From NCBI GenBank assembly GCA_035221665.1, contig CM069144.1:57660001-57724000 (forward strand): a DNA stretch of 64,000 nucleotides. Direction: 5' to 3'. Numbering within the stretch: the stretch's first letter is position 1; each line of letters opens with the position of its first letter. Shown piece after piece: positions 49,707 to 62,590 of the stretch. Both the position numbers and the translations under genes were made by a program. The notes beneath the pieces are model-generated. The model was not told where the DNA came from, made no database searches, and saw only the letters and a program-made list of their open reading frames with translations. Source of the stretch: Okamejei kenojei (lineage: Eukaryota).

Positions 49707-51122
49707 TGGCTGGAAGAAATGGATCGACAACCAGACTGGTTAAGGATGGAAAAGGAGGACTGTTTACCTTTTGAAATCGGTTCGATTATATTTGCACCGA
49801 CAAAATTGCACAAAAAAACCTAAAGGGAAAACCGTATAATAGATAGTGGTACACGAATCTGGAAACAACCAAAAAAGGCTTTAAAATTGGATAATATACC
49901 ACTCTGCCTCCCTATTGTAAACAATCCCTTATTCAAACCTTCCATGCTGGATAAAGGTTTTACACAATGGAAAAACTATGGAATCAAAAATATGGAACAC
50001 CTTTATAAGAAAGGCACTTTTCTTTTATTTCAGGAATTACAACCGATTTATGGATTACACTCAAATATTTTTTTTCGATATCTACAACTCAAGAGATTAT
50101 GTTAAATCAAATACACAAGATTATAGGAATAAGGAACCAGAAATCCTTGATGAATATTTGAATAAGCATCCTAATACAGAAAAACGAACAACTTATATTT
50201 ATAATACCCTTTTAGATAGCGAGATACCATCGACGGAATCATATAGACATACATGGGAAAATGAAATAACCAACCCATAACGAAAGAGATATGGGACAAA
50301 AGTTTACAATATATACACCAATGCTCGTTAAATACCAGACATGCTTTAATACAATTTAAAGTATTACATAGATTACATTACTCAAAAGTTAAATTGAATA
50401 GAATCTTCCCACAGGTCTCCTCTATCTGCGATAAATGTCAGCATCCAGAGGCTAATTTAACACATACTTTTGCAAATTGTATAAAAATTAAGAATTTCTG
50501 GACTGAAATTTTTAGAATAACTTCTGAAGTTATTAATAATAAATTGGATCCGGACTCAAAATTAATAATACTTGGAATATCAGAACAAAGTTTAACACTT
50601 ACAACAAGTCAAAGAAATTTCCAAGATTACAGTATAATAATTGGGAAGAAATTAATATTAAAATTTTGGAAAGGCCCTATATCCCCCACAATTAAAATGT
50701 GGATTACGGAAATGTCGGAGACCCTACACCTGGAAATAATCAGATTTGCCCTAATGGACAAACAAGAAGTTTTCGTTAGAATATGGTCTTCTTTCATTGA
50801 TTACTTAAAAGGGTAGATCGGTTCGGCAGGGAACCCTAACTGAAACTTGGACTCAGGATTAGATGAAAAGTTATATTCTATATTCCTTGATCTTATCTCC
50901 AATGATGTATTAATGGTAAATTATTCCATTCTTAATGATTTATTTTTGATTTTTCTTTGATTTTTCTCTGTTTTTCTCTCTTTTTATTAAAAAATTCATT
51001 TGTGACAAATGATTCATTTGATAATATTAATAATGTATGATTGTTGTACACAAAATATTGCTATCATAATATGTGTTTGCTAATTCACTGCTTACCTACT
51101 CTAATAAAAATATATATTAAAA
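49707..51122 (+). mobile_element. L1-like LINE 3' fragment nested in DIRS copy B
   Basis: ORF2 C-terminal CDKC...H...C knuckle (50394-50816), AATAAA plus A-tail, TSD AAAAAGCAT at 49698-49706 and 51123-51131, TT|AAAAA target. Confidence 0.9.
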
Positions 51123-52329
51123 AAAAAGCATCAGCATGTTTGAATCTATGTCGTGCTTTATTAAATATCACTCATCCCTGGTAAATTGATGCAGTGTGTG
51201 ACGCATGGACTCGTTTCCATGGCATGAAATCACAGAGCTTTGAAATCTTCACGGAATCACTCACTTGACTCTGAAGTAAAATAGTAAGATTAAATGAGAA
51301 CTTACCAGTTTGAAGTTTGATCTTTATTTTATGAGGAGTTACGATGAGCGATTACGTACCCTCTGCTCCCAACCCTCGTATCATAAAGGTCATCTGGTAG
51401 TTCTAGTCTTCTCTAATATTACTATGTCACTTCAACTACTGTTATCTGTGATTTCACACCGCTGCTTTGAAGATTGACGCGCATGCGGGCTGGCGGGTTC
51501 TTCACGTAATCCCTCATTGTAACTCCTCATAAAATAAAGATCAAACTTCAAACTGGTAAGTTCTCATTTAATCTTACTATTATAGAAATAATTGTCATCA
51601 CTATCCATTGTCTGCATACAATTTTAATTAAAACTAAATTTTAATCACTTGAGCAGCTCCTACCACTTCTAGTCTCCTGATATTAGAACATGGACAACAC
51701 TATAACTGTGATGGAAACCCTAGAGGATCACACCTGGAAAACAATGGCTCAACCATGAAAAGAAAAACACTGGAAGTGAACAGTGAATAAATAAGCCTGG
51801 TGAACTTTTGGAATCCCTTTGGGAAATATTTTAATTTTGTGAGTATGATCCATTGATCATTTTAATCCATGAGTAGACTCTATGAGGCAGCAGTCCTCAG
51901 ATTTGAAGTCTTATTCCTCATGTTTTAGTTTCTTATAGATACACCATGATGCCATAAAACATTGATTCTGTTCATCCCAGGAATAATTTTGGGAGGACAT
52001 TTTATATATGATTCAAGAACCAATTCTGTGTCCTAGGATTTGGCATGTGCTATATTATTTTTTACCCCCAATGTACTGTGTGTGGAAATTGTTTTTTTTT
52101 CACCCAAGAGTGGAATGCAATTATGATGATTTCCAAGCTGAATAATACTACTCTAGAAATTTAACAGGGCAGTTTCATTTGTGAACCACCATTGTCTGAT
52201 GTCATGTTTTTCTAGGTCAGGTGTGCACCCCATGAATGATGTTGTACAGGGTTGCCAGGGAAGCTAGGACGGAGGCTTTCTTGTTGTTGTGTCCTCCCAG
52301 AATAACCAGGTTGTACCAGCACCAGCTTC

Positions 52330-52640
52330 TCTGCCGAACCATGATTTAGAGCGAGGTCTCTGAAAAGATCCCAATATGACTCAGATGAGTCAGAGATGTT
52401 GAGATATTAAGTCGGAGGTAAGAGAGAATAAAGAGGGACCTGCCGTGGGGGGGTGAGGCCGAGTACAAATAGGGACCCGTTTTGGGGAGGGGGGAGCACT
52501 GAGAACTAAAAGGGACAATTGGGATTACGTTGAACACTTTGTAACTGTCGGTGCCCTATACATAACGACTCTTTGCATACTTTGTGTATGGTTTGCAAAG
52601 CAAAGAATTTCACTGTGACATGTCACATGCGACAATAAAG
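52330..52640 (+). mobile_element. Non-autonomous retroposon 3' end
   Basis: CTTTGTAACT...AAAGAATTTCACTGTG...GACAATAAAGTA shared with 61437-61550. Confidence 0.55.
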
Positions 52641-54235
52641 TATCATTTATTCATAAATCCCTTCAAGTGAATTATTTATCTGCAGTCTCCATTTCCACCC
52701 ACCTTTCCCTAGCTCACCGACTTCAACAGGCAACTCACACAAATCAAGCTTCCAACCATGTGCACTTGATTCTTGACAATCAATTCCAGATCCATGACTA
52801 TTCTAGATCTTCAGACCATGTTTCCCAACTCCATTCCCAGCCAAGCCACAAACTATGTCCCATCTCAACACCTCAGACACTGACCAACAAATGCCTTTCC
52901 TAATCCAGTGACTCCTCTCAACTCCAGACCCTTTAAGACAACCTGATTTCGACCATAAAGCTTCATTCCCCTTCATCAGAAGTAAGCTGTATACCAATGT
53001 CTAGGGTCTCAGATTTTAGTGAATTTTCAAGAGGTGCACCCACAACCAAACTGGTTCCTGAGCTGAGATTCTTTACTGCACCTTTTCAGCACTGATAAAT
53101 AAATAATTAAATTGCCTCTATGATGTGGCACAATGGTAGATGAAATTCAATATCCCAAAATTAAATGAGCATTGGAGTTGTGTCCTTACATTTTTCTTTA
53201 CCTGATTTATCAGATTGTGCTGAAGAGTAAAGGCTGACAGCTCCTTTATCACTCAGGCCAGGGCACTAGAAAAGTACAGAGGCTCATTGTCACAATTCCA
53301 GCTTCAAGGCTTGGCCTTTTGCTCATACTTTCTGCTTTTTTTTTTGCCAGTGCTGGGGTTTGTGAGAATGCCGTCTCAGAAAGCAACAAACAGACCGAGA
53401 TCTTAACTTTATTTGAAAAATGATCAATGAAATCTTTATATGGTTAATGAAGAAATATCAATCAGTAGTTCTATTAAAATCCTATTGCACCTGTTTAGGT
53501 TATGATCCTTACTCAAGTCAGGATGAACTCTATAACCTTTAACCTAGGGGCAAATGTTTCATGTGATGAAAAAGAGTAAGTCACTGCTGGAACAAAGGAT
53601 TATTTTATATTAAGAAAAGTGATAAATCTTTGATAACATCAAGGCTTGGTTGAGTTTTCAGACCAGAATGTCCAGTTGTCAGTTGTTTTTTTCTACACCC
53701 CATTATCACCAAGGATGTCTTTCATCAGGAAGACTTTTGGGGTTATATGTGGGAAGCCGCTGAGTGGAACTTCTGACCTACCATTTTCTTATTTATTTCA
53801 AAGGAGAAGTGTAAAACAGCTGTTATCAAGTTCACTGCAGGCTCTGGCTTTGCAACTCTTTTAGCTTCTCTCCACACCTGGACTTCCTGCTTTGTTCGCA
53901 CCCAATTTATAGAGCAGCTGGTGGGAAAAACTCAATGCTATAGAAATCAGCACCATGAAACTTTAATACCAAAATCGATATATTTTATATTGCCTTTTAC
54001 AACCTCCAAACTCTTTGCTGTCAACAAACCATTTCCTGAAACAATAGAATGAAAACCAACTGGTACAAAACAGGCTCCAACAAAAAGTAATATGATAATG
54101 ATCAGGAATGTGCTTTGGCAATGTTGATTTTCCAAAAATGTGGACAAAAGTCGCAGTGGCTGAGAGGATGGGGTAAACAGCCAAAATTAAACATGGAACT
54201 AGGAAAGGGAAAGGATTTGAATCTCGGCTGTGGTC

Positions 54236-54862
54236 TTAAGAAGCACACCAATGCGTCGACTTCCTAAGATGACTGAAGAAATTCGGCATGTCTTCACATT
54301 TGTGCTGATGCACCACAGAAAGCATACTGTCGGGTTGCCTCACAATTTGGTTTGGGAACAGCTCTGCCCAAGACTGCAAGAAATTGAAGAAAGTTGAAGA
54401 TATAGTCCAGTTCATCACACAGACCAGACTTCCACCATTGACTCTGTCTACACCCCATGCTCTCTTGGAAAAGCAATCAACATAATCAATGATTTGTCCC
54501 ATGCCGATCATTCCTTCTTCTCCCTATTCCTGCCTGGCAGAAAGTACAGCAGCTGGAAAAGCACACACCTCCAGACTCAGGAACAGCTTCCTGCCTCCTG
54601 TTATCAGGCTTCTGAATGATCCTTCCATAAGCCAAGGTACTGTCCAATTCACCTCTGCCCCTTGCGGACATTTGATTTTGTCTATGGATCTGATGCTGAG
54701 AACTATATTATGCACTCTATCTCTTCTCTTTGCTCTAATTATTGTACTTGAATTTGACATAATTGTATTTATGTACAGTATATGTGCTCTGCTTGGATAA
54801 CATGCAACACAAAGCTTTTCACTGTACCTTGGTACACTTGGCAATAATAAACCTAAACCTAA
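54236..54862 (+). mobile_element. Rex1/Babar LINE 3' fragment
   Basis: WFGNSSAQDCKKL equivalent; RLRNSFLPPVIRLLN; (CCTAAA)n tail. Confidence 0.8.
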
Positions 54863-55611
54863 GAGAAATCCAGATACTTTGTGTAACATGGTTCAGGTGG
54901 AGGAAATGATTTGGGAAGGGAATAAATCAATATTAAATATGTTGAAATCAATTATTTTGGTCTCCCTGATGTTCGTGTTATTGAAAGGTGCCATCGTTCA
55001 AAACCATCCTTCCAGGAATTTTGAGGCAATCCTTTAAATCATAATGCTTTCAAGCATAGAAAGAGGCCTTTTTTTTCTATTGTGAGTGTGCTAGGTAGTT
55101 GTTAAAGAAAGGGTTAAAAAAGGTTTATTTAGCCCTCCCTATAACCCTGAAAATGTTCAATTATACATTTTGCAAGTTACAAGCATGCTTTTAGGCAGTA
55201 CATCCCATTACTCACTGACTGTGTTAAAGAAAATAGTTGGAATGGTTTTAATCTCAAGTCAGGCCAAGTTGAATTTATAGTCATATGCACAAATATGATG
55301 AAGTACAATGAAAATATACCTAAACGTAATGTATACCTACATTTATGCCAATATAACTAGATAAATGTTTTAACTCATACTTGTTTACCAGTCATACAGA
55401 AAACAGAACCTGTCTGTATTAGTAACTGTGACAATTATTTTCTGTATTCCAACATTCATTTAAATTGATCGCTGTAATCTGAATGCACTCTTGGTTTCAA
55501 GGAATCTGCAGATTGGAATGTGAGTGCACTGGGGAGGGAGTCATTGATATCTGATGGCTCTCCTTTTCAAGCAAGAATGGTAATTATCACTATTTAGCAG
55601 CAATCACTCAC

Positions 55612-55741
55612 CTCGCGAGGAGTGGAAGTGTTTACTGGGGGTGGTGAAACCTCGGGTTCCGTGAATGTTGACGGCAGCCACTCTGAACTGGTACCATATG
55701 TTTGGTCTCATATTTTTCAGGCCAACATGCTCCTCTGTTGT
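55612..55741 (-). CDS. ANOS1: Anosmin exon 6 equivalent, FNIII-1 C-terminal part (absent from the ORF track)
   Basis: CAG acceptor, GTGAG donor; 130 bp; [43 protein letters not shown]. Confidence 0.95.
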
Positions 55742-56079
55742 CTGGGATTTTGGAAAAGGGGAAATGAAGAACAATTACTCACTGTGGCCTTCAGTGCCAC
55801 ATATTGTTTGGACCCATAGGGACTAAATTGATGAATGGTGATTTTGTTTTGTTACATCTCAGGCATTCCAAAATTAAATGTCAATTTCTCTTTACAATAA
55901 TTCATTGCAATATGATTAAATGTTTTAATGGTATTACTCATTACTAAAAATTAACATATTTAGTGGTAGTATCAATAAGTACTGGGACTGCTGCCAACTT
56001 TAAAATAAATTACTTTTTCAGAGATGTGCAGATTACAAGGGCAATTATTGCTAATAAATGATAAAATATTCCATTGTTC

Positions 56080-56822
56080 AACATAGAAACATAGAAATTA
56101 GTTGCAGGAGGAGGCCATTCGGCCCTTCGAGCCAGCACCGCCACTCATTGTGAGCATGACTGATCGTCCCCAATCAATAACCCGTGCCTGCCTTCTCCCC
56201 ATATGCCTTGATTCCACTAGCCCCTAGAGCTCTATCTAACTATCTCTTAAATCCATCCAGTGACTTGGCATCCACTGCCCTCTGTGGCAGGGAATTCCAC
56301 AAATTCACAACTCTCTGGATTAAAAAGTTTTTTCTCACCTCAGTCTTAAATGGCTTCCCCTTTATTCTAAGACTGTGGCCCCTGGTTCTGGACTCGCCCA
56401 ACAATGGGAATTTTTTTCCTGCATCTAGCCAGTCCTTTTATAATTTTATATGTTTCTATAAGATCCCCCTTATCCTTCTAAACTCCAATGAATACAAGCC
56501 TAGTCTTTTCAATCTTTCCTCACGTGACAGTCCCGCCATCCCAGGGATCAATCTCGTGAACCTATGCTGCCTCAATCACAAGGATGTCCTTCCTAAAATT
56601 AGGAGACCAAAACTGGACACAATACTCCAGATGTGGTTTCACCAGAGGCCTATACAACTGCAGAAGAACCTCTTTACTCCTATACTGAAATCCTCTTGTT
56701 ATGATGCATGATTTCCCTTTCATAGATCCATGTTGACTTGGACTAATCCTTTTACTGCTATCTAAATGCTCCATTATTACCTCTTTAATAATTGACTCCA
56801 GCAACTTTCCCAGCAAAGTCAG
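56080..56822 (-). mobile_element. CR1/HER1 LINE fragment with internal deletion
   Basis: GKLLESIIK...SQHG.MKGKSC fused to LLQLYRPLVKPHLEYCVQFWSP; CATAGAAA tail. Confidence 0.88.
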
Positions 56823-56907
56823 GCTAACTGGTCGTTTCCGTGCTGACGAAACATAGTAATTTCAATAAAATGACTATATGACTATAGGCCTCGTGTATCA
56901 AGCTTAC

Positions 56908-57092
56908 ATAAGCAACCGTCTCCCACTTGCTCGCATCATCTTCACTTGGATACATTCCTGAATTCCATCTTCTCTGCAGTATATAAAATACTGGCTCCAT
57001 GGAAACATTGAACCGAGACATCCATGCAACTGAGAGCTTTCCACTTTTGTCTTCTGCAAAACTCAATTCTTTCTTGGGTCTTAATGGGACCC
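56908..57092 (-). CDS. ANOS1: Anosmin exon 5 equivalent, FNIII-1 N-terminal part
   Basis: CAG acceptor, GTAAG donor; 185 bp; [62 protein letters not shown] resembles human GVPLKPRKELRF...PSEDDATHWQTVAQ. Confidence 0.95.
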
Positions 57093-58674
57093 CTGAAAAG
57101 CAAAAAGCAGCTTTTTAAATGTAGGTTCCCAGGAATTGATGCCCAGTTGGTAGACTCCAGAACAATTACATTTTGGGTGTGCAATAGGATGCACAACTCC
57201 TTTTTTTTTTGCAGTTCATATTTCCGGCCAGCAAGTACATTTCTAGGCAAATTGCATGAATGAAAAACGATATTTGAGATATGACAATTGAATTATTGAG
57301 AACGAGATGTAAGTGAACAATAGCTTATGGTACATTTAGATGTTAGGGGCATCGAGAGACTTGTTTTCAATGCAAAAGACAGTGCAGTTAAAATGCTGAA
57401 TAAGTATCAGCTATATTAACAGTTACCTATTCTTAAATTACTTTGTTAAGAAAGTATGATGTTACACACTTAGGATGTGTGCATTGAAACATTGCTGAGC
57501 TTTGCATAAGAAAAATAACAGCAGATGGTTAATGAAATACCGTGTACGATGCAGAAAATAGGTTGATCACACACACACACGTGCGGCATAAATTGTGTTT
57601 AAACTGTCAAAGGCTCCTCAAATGAAGATATTATCCAGTAACGGCCATTATATGGGTTTGATAATAATGAGAGAACCATAAAGCACTGTGTGGAATACTA
57701 GCTGGACAACATCTTTATATGTGTTTTTAATTAATGAAAGAGACACATGTGATTTGCTGTTTTAGACTTTTAGGAGGTGTGAGGATATTTTAAAGCAGCC
57801 TCATGGAAGTTCTTCCAGAGAAGCAGCATAGGCAATGTTGCTCGCCATGTGGTTTTCCTCAAAAGAACTGCTGTTTTTATGGGACAATGTCAGCGACAAG
57901 TGTGTCGGGTATGGATTTGAATGCATCAAAGCCCTAGGGCAGAATTCCTCGATCCAAGGGACTGCCCAAGAAGAAAAAGAGGGTAGAATTCTTTCTTGAA
58001 AACTTGACAGTGCATATCTCCTGGGGCCATCACAGAAAAACATGGGCTGTAATATAGAACTGTAGAGGAATCTGCTGAGTTTTCCCAACGTTAAGTTGAT
58101 GGAAATTAAATTGTGAGATGTCCTTTGCCAGTGTGCAACGTGACCAGCACTGTATGTGCTGTGCTTAGTACTCCCCAGCACAGCCCCAGGAAACTCTCCC
58201 TATTGCTACGAGGAACTCAATATCAAATAACTCAGGGTCATGTCAGTCATGAATGCTGCCTGGAGGATAATATTATTCTAGGAATTCTGGAATGCTGCCA
58301 GCTATAGAAACGGATACAGTTACGACTTTATAAAGAGATTTGGCCAGATATATGGATGGGAAGGGTTTAGAGGGCTGTGGGCCAAATGCTGGCAAATGGA
58401 GCTAGCAGTTTGTCTATTTGGTTGGCATAGATAAAGTGGGCAGAAGGGCCGATTTTATGCTGTACAGCTCTGTATATCACTCTAAGCATTGTCACAACTT
58501 GAACCATAAACATGGGAACATTTCTCTTTGAAATAAACTATTCTCTCTATGTATTCTATATGTTAAAAATACAATGCATTTATTGAAAAAGTGAAATGAT
58601 GAATTTCAGCCATCAGTAGAGACAAGTAAACCCTGGAGTTGTTACCTTGCCCGTGTTCTAAAAGCAATGATTTT

Positions 58675-58960
58675 GGGGCGGCAGTAGAGCTGCTGCTTTG
58701 TACTGCCAGAGACCGGGGCTCGACCCTGACTATGGGTGCTGTCTGTACAGAGTTTCTATGTTCTCCCTGAGCCACGTGGGTTTTCAACAGGTGCTTTGGC
58801 TTTCTCCCACACTCCAAAGACGTGCAGGTTTGTAGGTTAATTAGCTTTGGCAAAATTTGTAATATCGTCCCAAGTGTGTAGGATAATGTTAGTGATCACT
58901 GGTGATCGAGGACTTGGTGGGCGGAAGGGCTTGTTTCCGTACTGTATCTCTAAAATAAAC
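58675..58960 (+). mobile_element. HE1-like SINE
   Basis: Consensus match. Confidence 0.85.
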
Positions 58961-59510
58961 TAACCTCATCCATAGCCCCATTCTACTGGTCCCAAACAGA
59001 TATTCAAAAATAGAAAAAAAATACCTATTTGCAAGCGGGCAGTCCCATAGTTTGAATCAGATTCAAAGACTCATGAAACGTTACATTGCAGACCACATAT
59101 TTCATATATTCTGAACCAGTGGATTCTACCAAGCACCATCTAACCCAAGAAAACATAGTCCACATGCTCCACATGCTCTTAAATATCACACACACCCTGC
59201 TTAAAAGAGTTTTTCTCTGTCTAAATGTAGATTTTTAGAAAGACCAAATTTCTCCAATTCATTTTTAAATTTTTAGTCTAAATTTGCGTAATTATTTCAT
59301 TCCAACTCATCTGCATCTGTGCAAAAACAAAACTTCACATTACACGAGGGAAATATATGTACAGCTTATAAGTCTGCATTATTTTCGGTGGAAGGTATCT
59401 AGCAGAAAAATACCTAGATTGAAATAAATATTCTGAATTATATAGCCACCAAAATAAATAAAAGTTCACAAAAGACTAAGGACATAAAGGACTAAGCAGC
59501 AGCTGATAGT

Positions 59511-59806
59511 GTTTAGTTTAGTTCAGTTTAGAGATACAGCGTGGTAACAGGCCCTTCGGCCCACCAAGTCCGTGCTGACCAGTGATCCCTGCACACAAGC
59601 ACTATCCAACTCACACTGGGGGGACAATTTACAATTTTACTGAAGCCAATTAGCCTACAAACCTGTACGTCTTTGGAGTGTGGGAGGAAACTGGAGCTCC
59701 GGAGTAAGTCACGGGGGAGAACGTACAGACAGCACCTGCAGTCATGATCAAACCTGGGACTCTGGTGCCGCAAGGCAGCCACTTTACCGCTGCACCACCA
59801 TGCCAC
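59511..59806 (-). mobile_element. HE1-like SINE
   Basis: Consensus match, (TTTAG)n tail. Confidence 0.85.
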
Positions 59807-59819
59807 CCAGTCTCACAGT

Positions 59820-60130
59820 GCCAGTGCCTAGTGCTCCTGTCTCACAGCACCAGAAACACAGGTTCGATCCTGACCTTGGGTGCTGTCTGTGCAGAGTTTG
59901 CATATTCTCCCCGTGACTGTTTGGGTTTCCTCCAGGTGCTTCGATTTCCTGCCACATACCAAAGGCGTGCGGGTTTGTAGGTTAATTGGCCTCTATAAAT
60001 TGCCCCTAGTGTGCAGATAATGAATGAGAAAGTGGGATAACATGGAACTAGTGTGAAAGGGGTGATTGATGGGCAGCATGGGCTCAGCAGGCTGAAGGGC
60101 CTGTTTCCATGCTAAATCTCTAAAACTAAA
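59820..60130 (+). mobile_element. HE1-like SINE, head-to-head with the preceding copy
   Basis: B-box GGTTCGATCCT, V-domain, tail. Confidence 0.85.
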
Positions 60131-60167
60131 ATACAATGACTTTATCACATAACTGTAATATTCTTAC

Positions 60168-60375
60168 CTTTGAACATATTTGTTGGTGTTTGGCAAGTTT
60201 GACCACAACCATTAGGACAACATTTCCTGATACTGGGGCACTCGGTATCTACGTTGCAGCTTTGGATACAAGCTGCAGCAAAGCCGGAGGCTCTCTGGGG
60301 TGCTGGACAATTCCCTTGCTTCACCGTTTGAATGGATCTCAAAAACTCACAGCTGGTCAAACATTCATGGTGCTT
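60168..60375 (-). CDS. ANOS1: Anosmin-family exon (equivalent to human exon 4): end of Cys-rich region plus WAP domain
   Basis: TAG acceptor (60377-60376), GTAAG donor (60167); 208 bp; [69 protein letters not shown] with all 8 WAP cysteines. Confidence 0.93.
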
Positions 60376-60569
60376 CTATAACACAGAAACAAGATGCAAT
60401 CCGCTGAATTAAAAAGACACCTTAAAAGATTATTCAAGGTTGATTACTTGTTTAGTGCAGCAAAAATAAAATACACAATTTTGTTTCTCTGTGTGTATAT
60501 GGCGTTAAATCAGGGAGGTTCTAAGGCAAAAGCCAGAGACATTCAGTTGCTTGTGGGACATAATAAGTT

Positions 60570-61550
60570 CATGTCATAGGAGCAGAATTAGGCCATTTGG
60601 GCCATTGCGTCTACTCCGCCATTCAATCATGGCTGATCTATACTTCGTTCTCAACCCCATTCTCCTGTCTGCTCCCCGTAACCTTTGACATCTTTACTCA
60701 CCAAGAACCCGTCAATCTCCACTCTAAAAGTACCAAATGATTTGGCTTTCCACAGCCATCTGTGGTAAAATGAATCCCACCGATTCACTGGCTGTAAATT
60801 CCTCCTCAAATTCCTCTAAAGTACTTCCTGATGGGCTGCACAGCCAAAAGGCTTCCCGGTGGGCCCTGTGGCTGTGAACTGGGAGCGCGGCCGGAGGATT
60901 TTATTGAAGCGCCGTAGTCTAGATGCCTCCCGGATCGCTGCATAGAAGCCCGGGTCGGAGCCCAGCCGGGGCCTCGCGGGTCGGAGTCTGGGTCTGCGGC
61001 TGGGGCCTGGATCGGCACCACGGAAGTGAAGTGGGGGCATCAACCCCTTAAAGATAGCAGAGTCAGGGGATATGGGGAGAAGGCAGCAACTGGGTACTGA
61101 TTGAGGATGATCAGCCATGATCACATTGAATGGCAGTGCTGGCTCGAAGGGCCGAATGGCCTACTCCTGCACCTATTGTCTATTGTGTATTGTCTACAAC
61201 AACGGCGGCAGCGGTGAAGCCTCGCGACGGCAATGCCTAGTGGGTCGACCCGCAGTCAACGGGTGATGAGAGCGTGGGGTACTGCTGTGAGGGGAAGAGC
61301 AATGGAGGACCCGGCGTGGGGATCACCGTGAGGGGGAGGGGGAGAGAACAATGGACAATACAGGGGGGACAAAGGACCCGGCGTGGGGGAACGGTTGGGG
61401 TGGGGGGGGGGGGAGACAAAAGGGGGAGCCGGCGTGCTTTGTAACTTTGTCAGCGCCTTAGGTGGCTGCTATTTGCATACATTGTGTATGTAAGTAAAGA
61501 ATCTCACTGTGCCTAGTCACATGTGGCAATAAAGTATTCCTATTCCTATC
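60570..61550. mobile_element. Composite repeat block: CR1 3' end (-, about 60570-60810), GC-rich retroposon (+) and nested CR1 3' end (+, about 61047-61195)
   Basis: CR1 3' UTR motifs in both orientations; tail shared with 52330-52640. Confidence 0.6.
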
Positions 61551-61751
61551 CTTTTATTCTGAGGCTGTGCCTTCTGGTCCTAGACTAGTACATGCTTGAG
61601 TGCAAGTTCCGCAGGTCCATCAATGCACAGGTTGAACAGTATTGCAGACGTAAACCTTACCTATAAAGATGAGATCTGCTTCAGTGATACTTAAACAGGA
61701 GTTGTCTGAGATTGGCGCTGGGCACCAGGTACAGATGTACACCAGGTATAC

Positions 61752-62590
61752 ATCAAGTTTGCTGACACAGTGGTGGTGGGCCTGATCTCCAATAACGATG
61801 AGAAGGCCTACCTGGAGGAGGTGGCTGACCTGGCACTTTTGGTGTCAGAACAACAGCCTCCTCTTGAATGTCACTAAAACTAAGGAGCTGATTGTAAACT
61901 TTAGAACGGCATAACAACTGAGGACGTACATGCCACTGGGTATAAATGGGACTACTGTGGATAGGGTGAGCAGCTTTAAATACCAAATCACAGAGGATCT
62001 GACATGGACAACACACACCGCTGCACTGGTGAGAAAGGCAAGGCAGCGCCTTTACCACCTCAGGCAGCTGAGGAAATTCAGAGTCTCTCTGAGGATCCTT
62101 CAATCCTTCCACTCTGGTGCTGTAGAAAATATCCTGACCGGAAACATCTCGATCTGGTTTGGCAACAGCTCTGCCCAGGACAGGAAGGCTTTGCAGAGAG
62201 TAGTGCGTTCGGCTGAACGCACGTTGGGAACTACAGGACCTATACACCAGGAAGTGCAGATCCACAGCCAGCAAGATCATGAAGGACCCCAACCACCCCA
62301 GCAACGGACTGTTCCAGCTGCTACAGTCAGGCAAGCGCATCCGCTGTCATGCTGAAAAAACAGAAAGGATGAGACGGAGTTTCTACCCACAGGCCATCAG
62401 GACAGTAAACTCTGATCTCACTGGGGTGTAATTACTGTTGTGTCTTTTTTTTAAATGTAAATACTGGTTCTGTTCTGTTCTGTTCTGTTCTGTTCTGTTG
62501 TTTTGCACAATCCCGCAAGCATTGCCACTTTCATTTCACTGTACATCTTGTATGTGTATGTGACAAATAAAGTTGACTTGACTTGCCTTT
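61752..62590 (+). mobile_element. Rex1/Babar LINE 3' fragment
   Basis: KFADTVVVGLISNNDE, KARQRLYHLRQLRKF, WFGNSSAQDRKALQRVV; AATAAA(GACTT)n tail; internal (TTCTG)n. Confidence 0.88.

Larger units (their letters stand above)
45368..51581 (+). mobile_element. DIRS1-type retrotransposon, copy B (both termini present, coding region decayed, nested insertions)
   Basis: Left end TTTTACTTCAGAGTCAC is complementary to ICR 51246-51281; right end 51503-51581 is complementary to ICR 51279-51357; ITR 45397-45428 versus 51475-51505; RT, MT and YR remnants colinear with copy A. Confidence 0.92.

Noticed and set aside
61600-61720. Candidate anosmin exon 3 (AG|GTAAGG donor on the minus strand near 61660)
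   Set aside because: Translation lacks the CLEPC...C...CE cysteine pattern
61930-62355. ALKBH8-like (DUF1891) host gene
   Set aside because: This motif is the C-terminal region of Rex1/Babar RT; it is frameshifted and has a LINE tail
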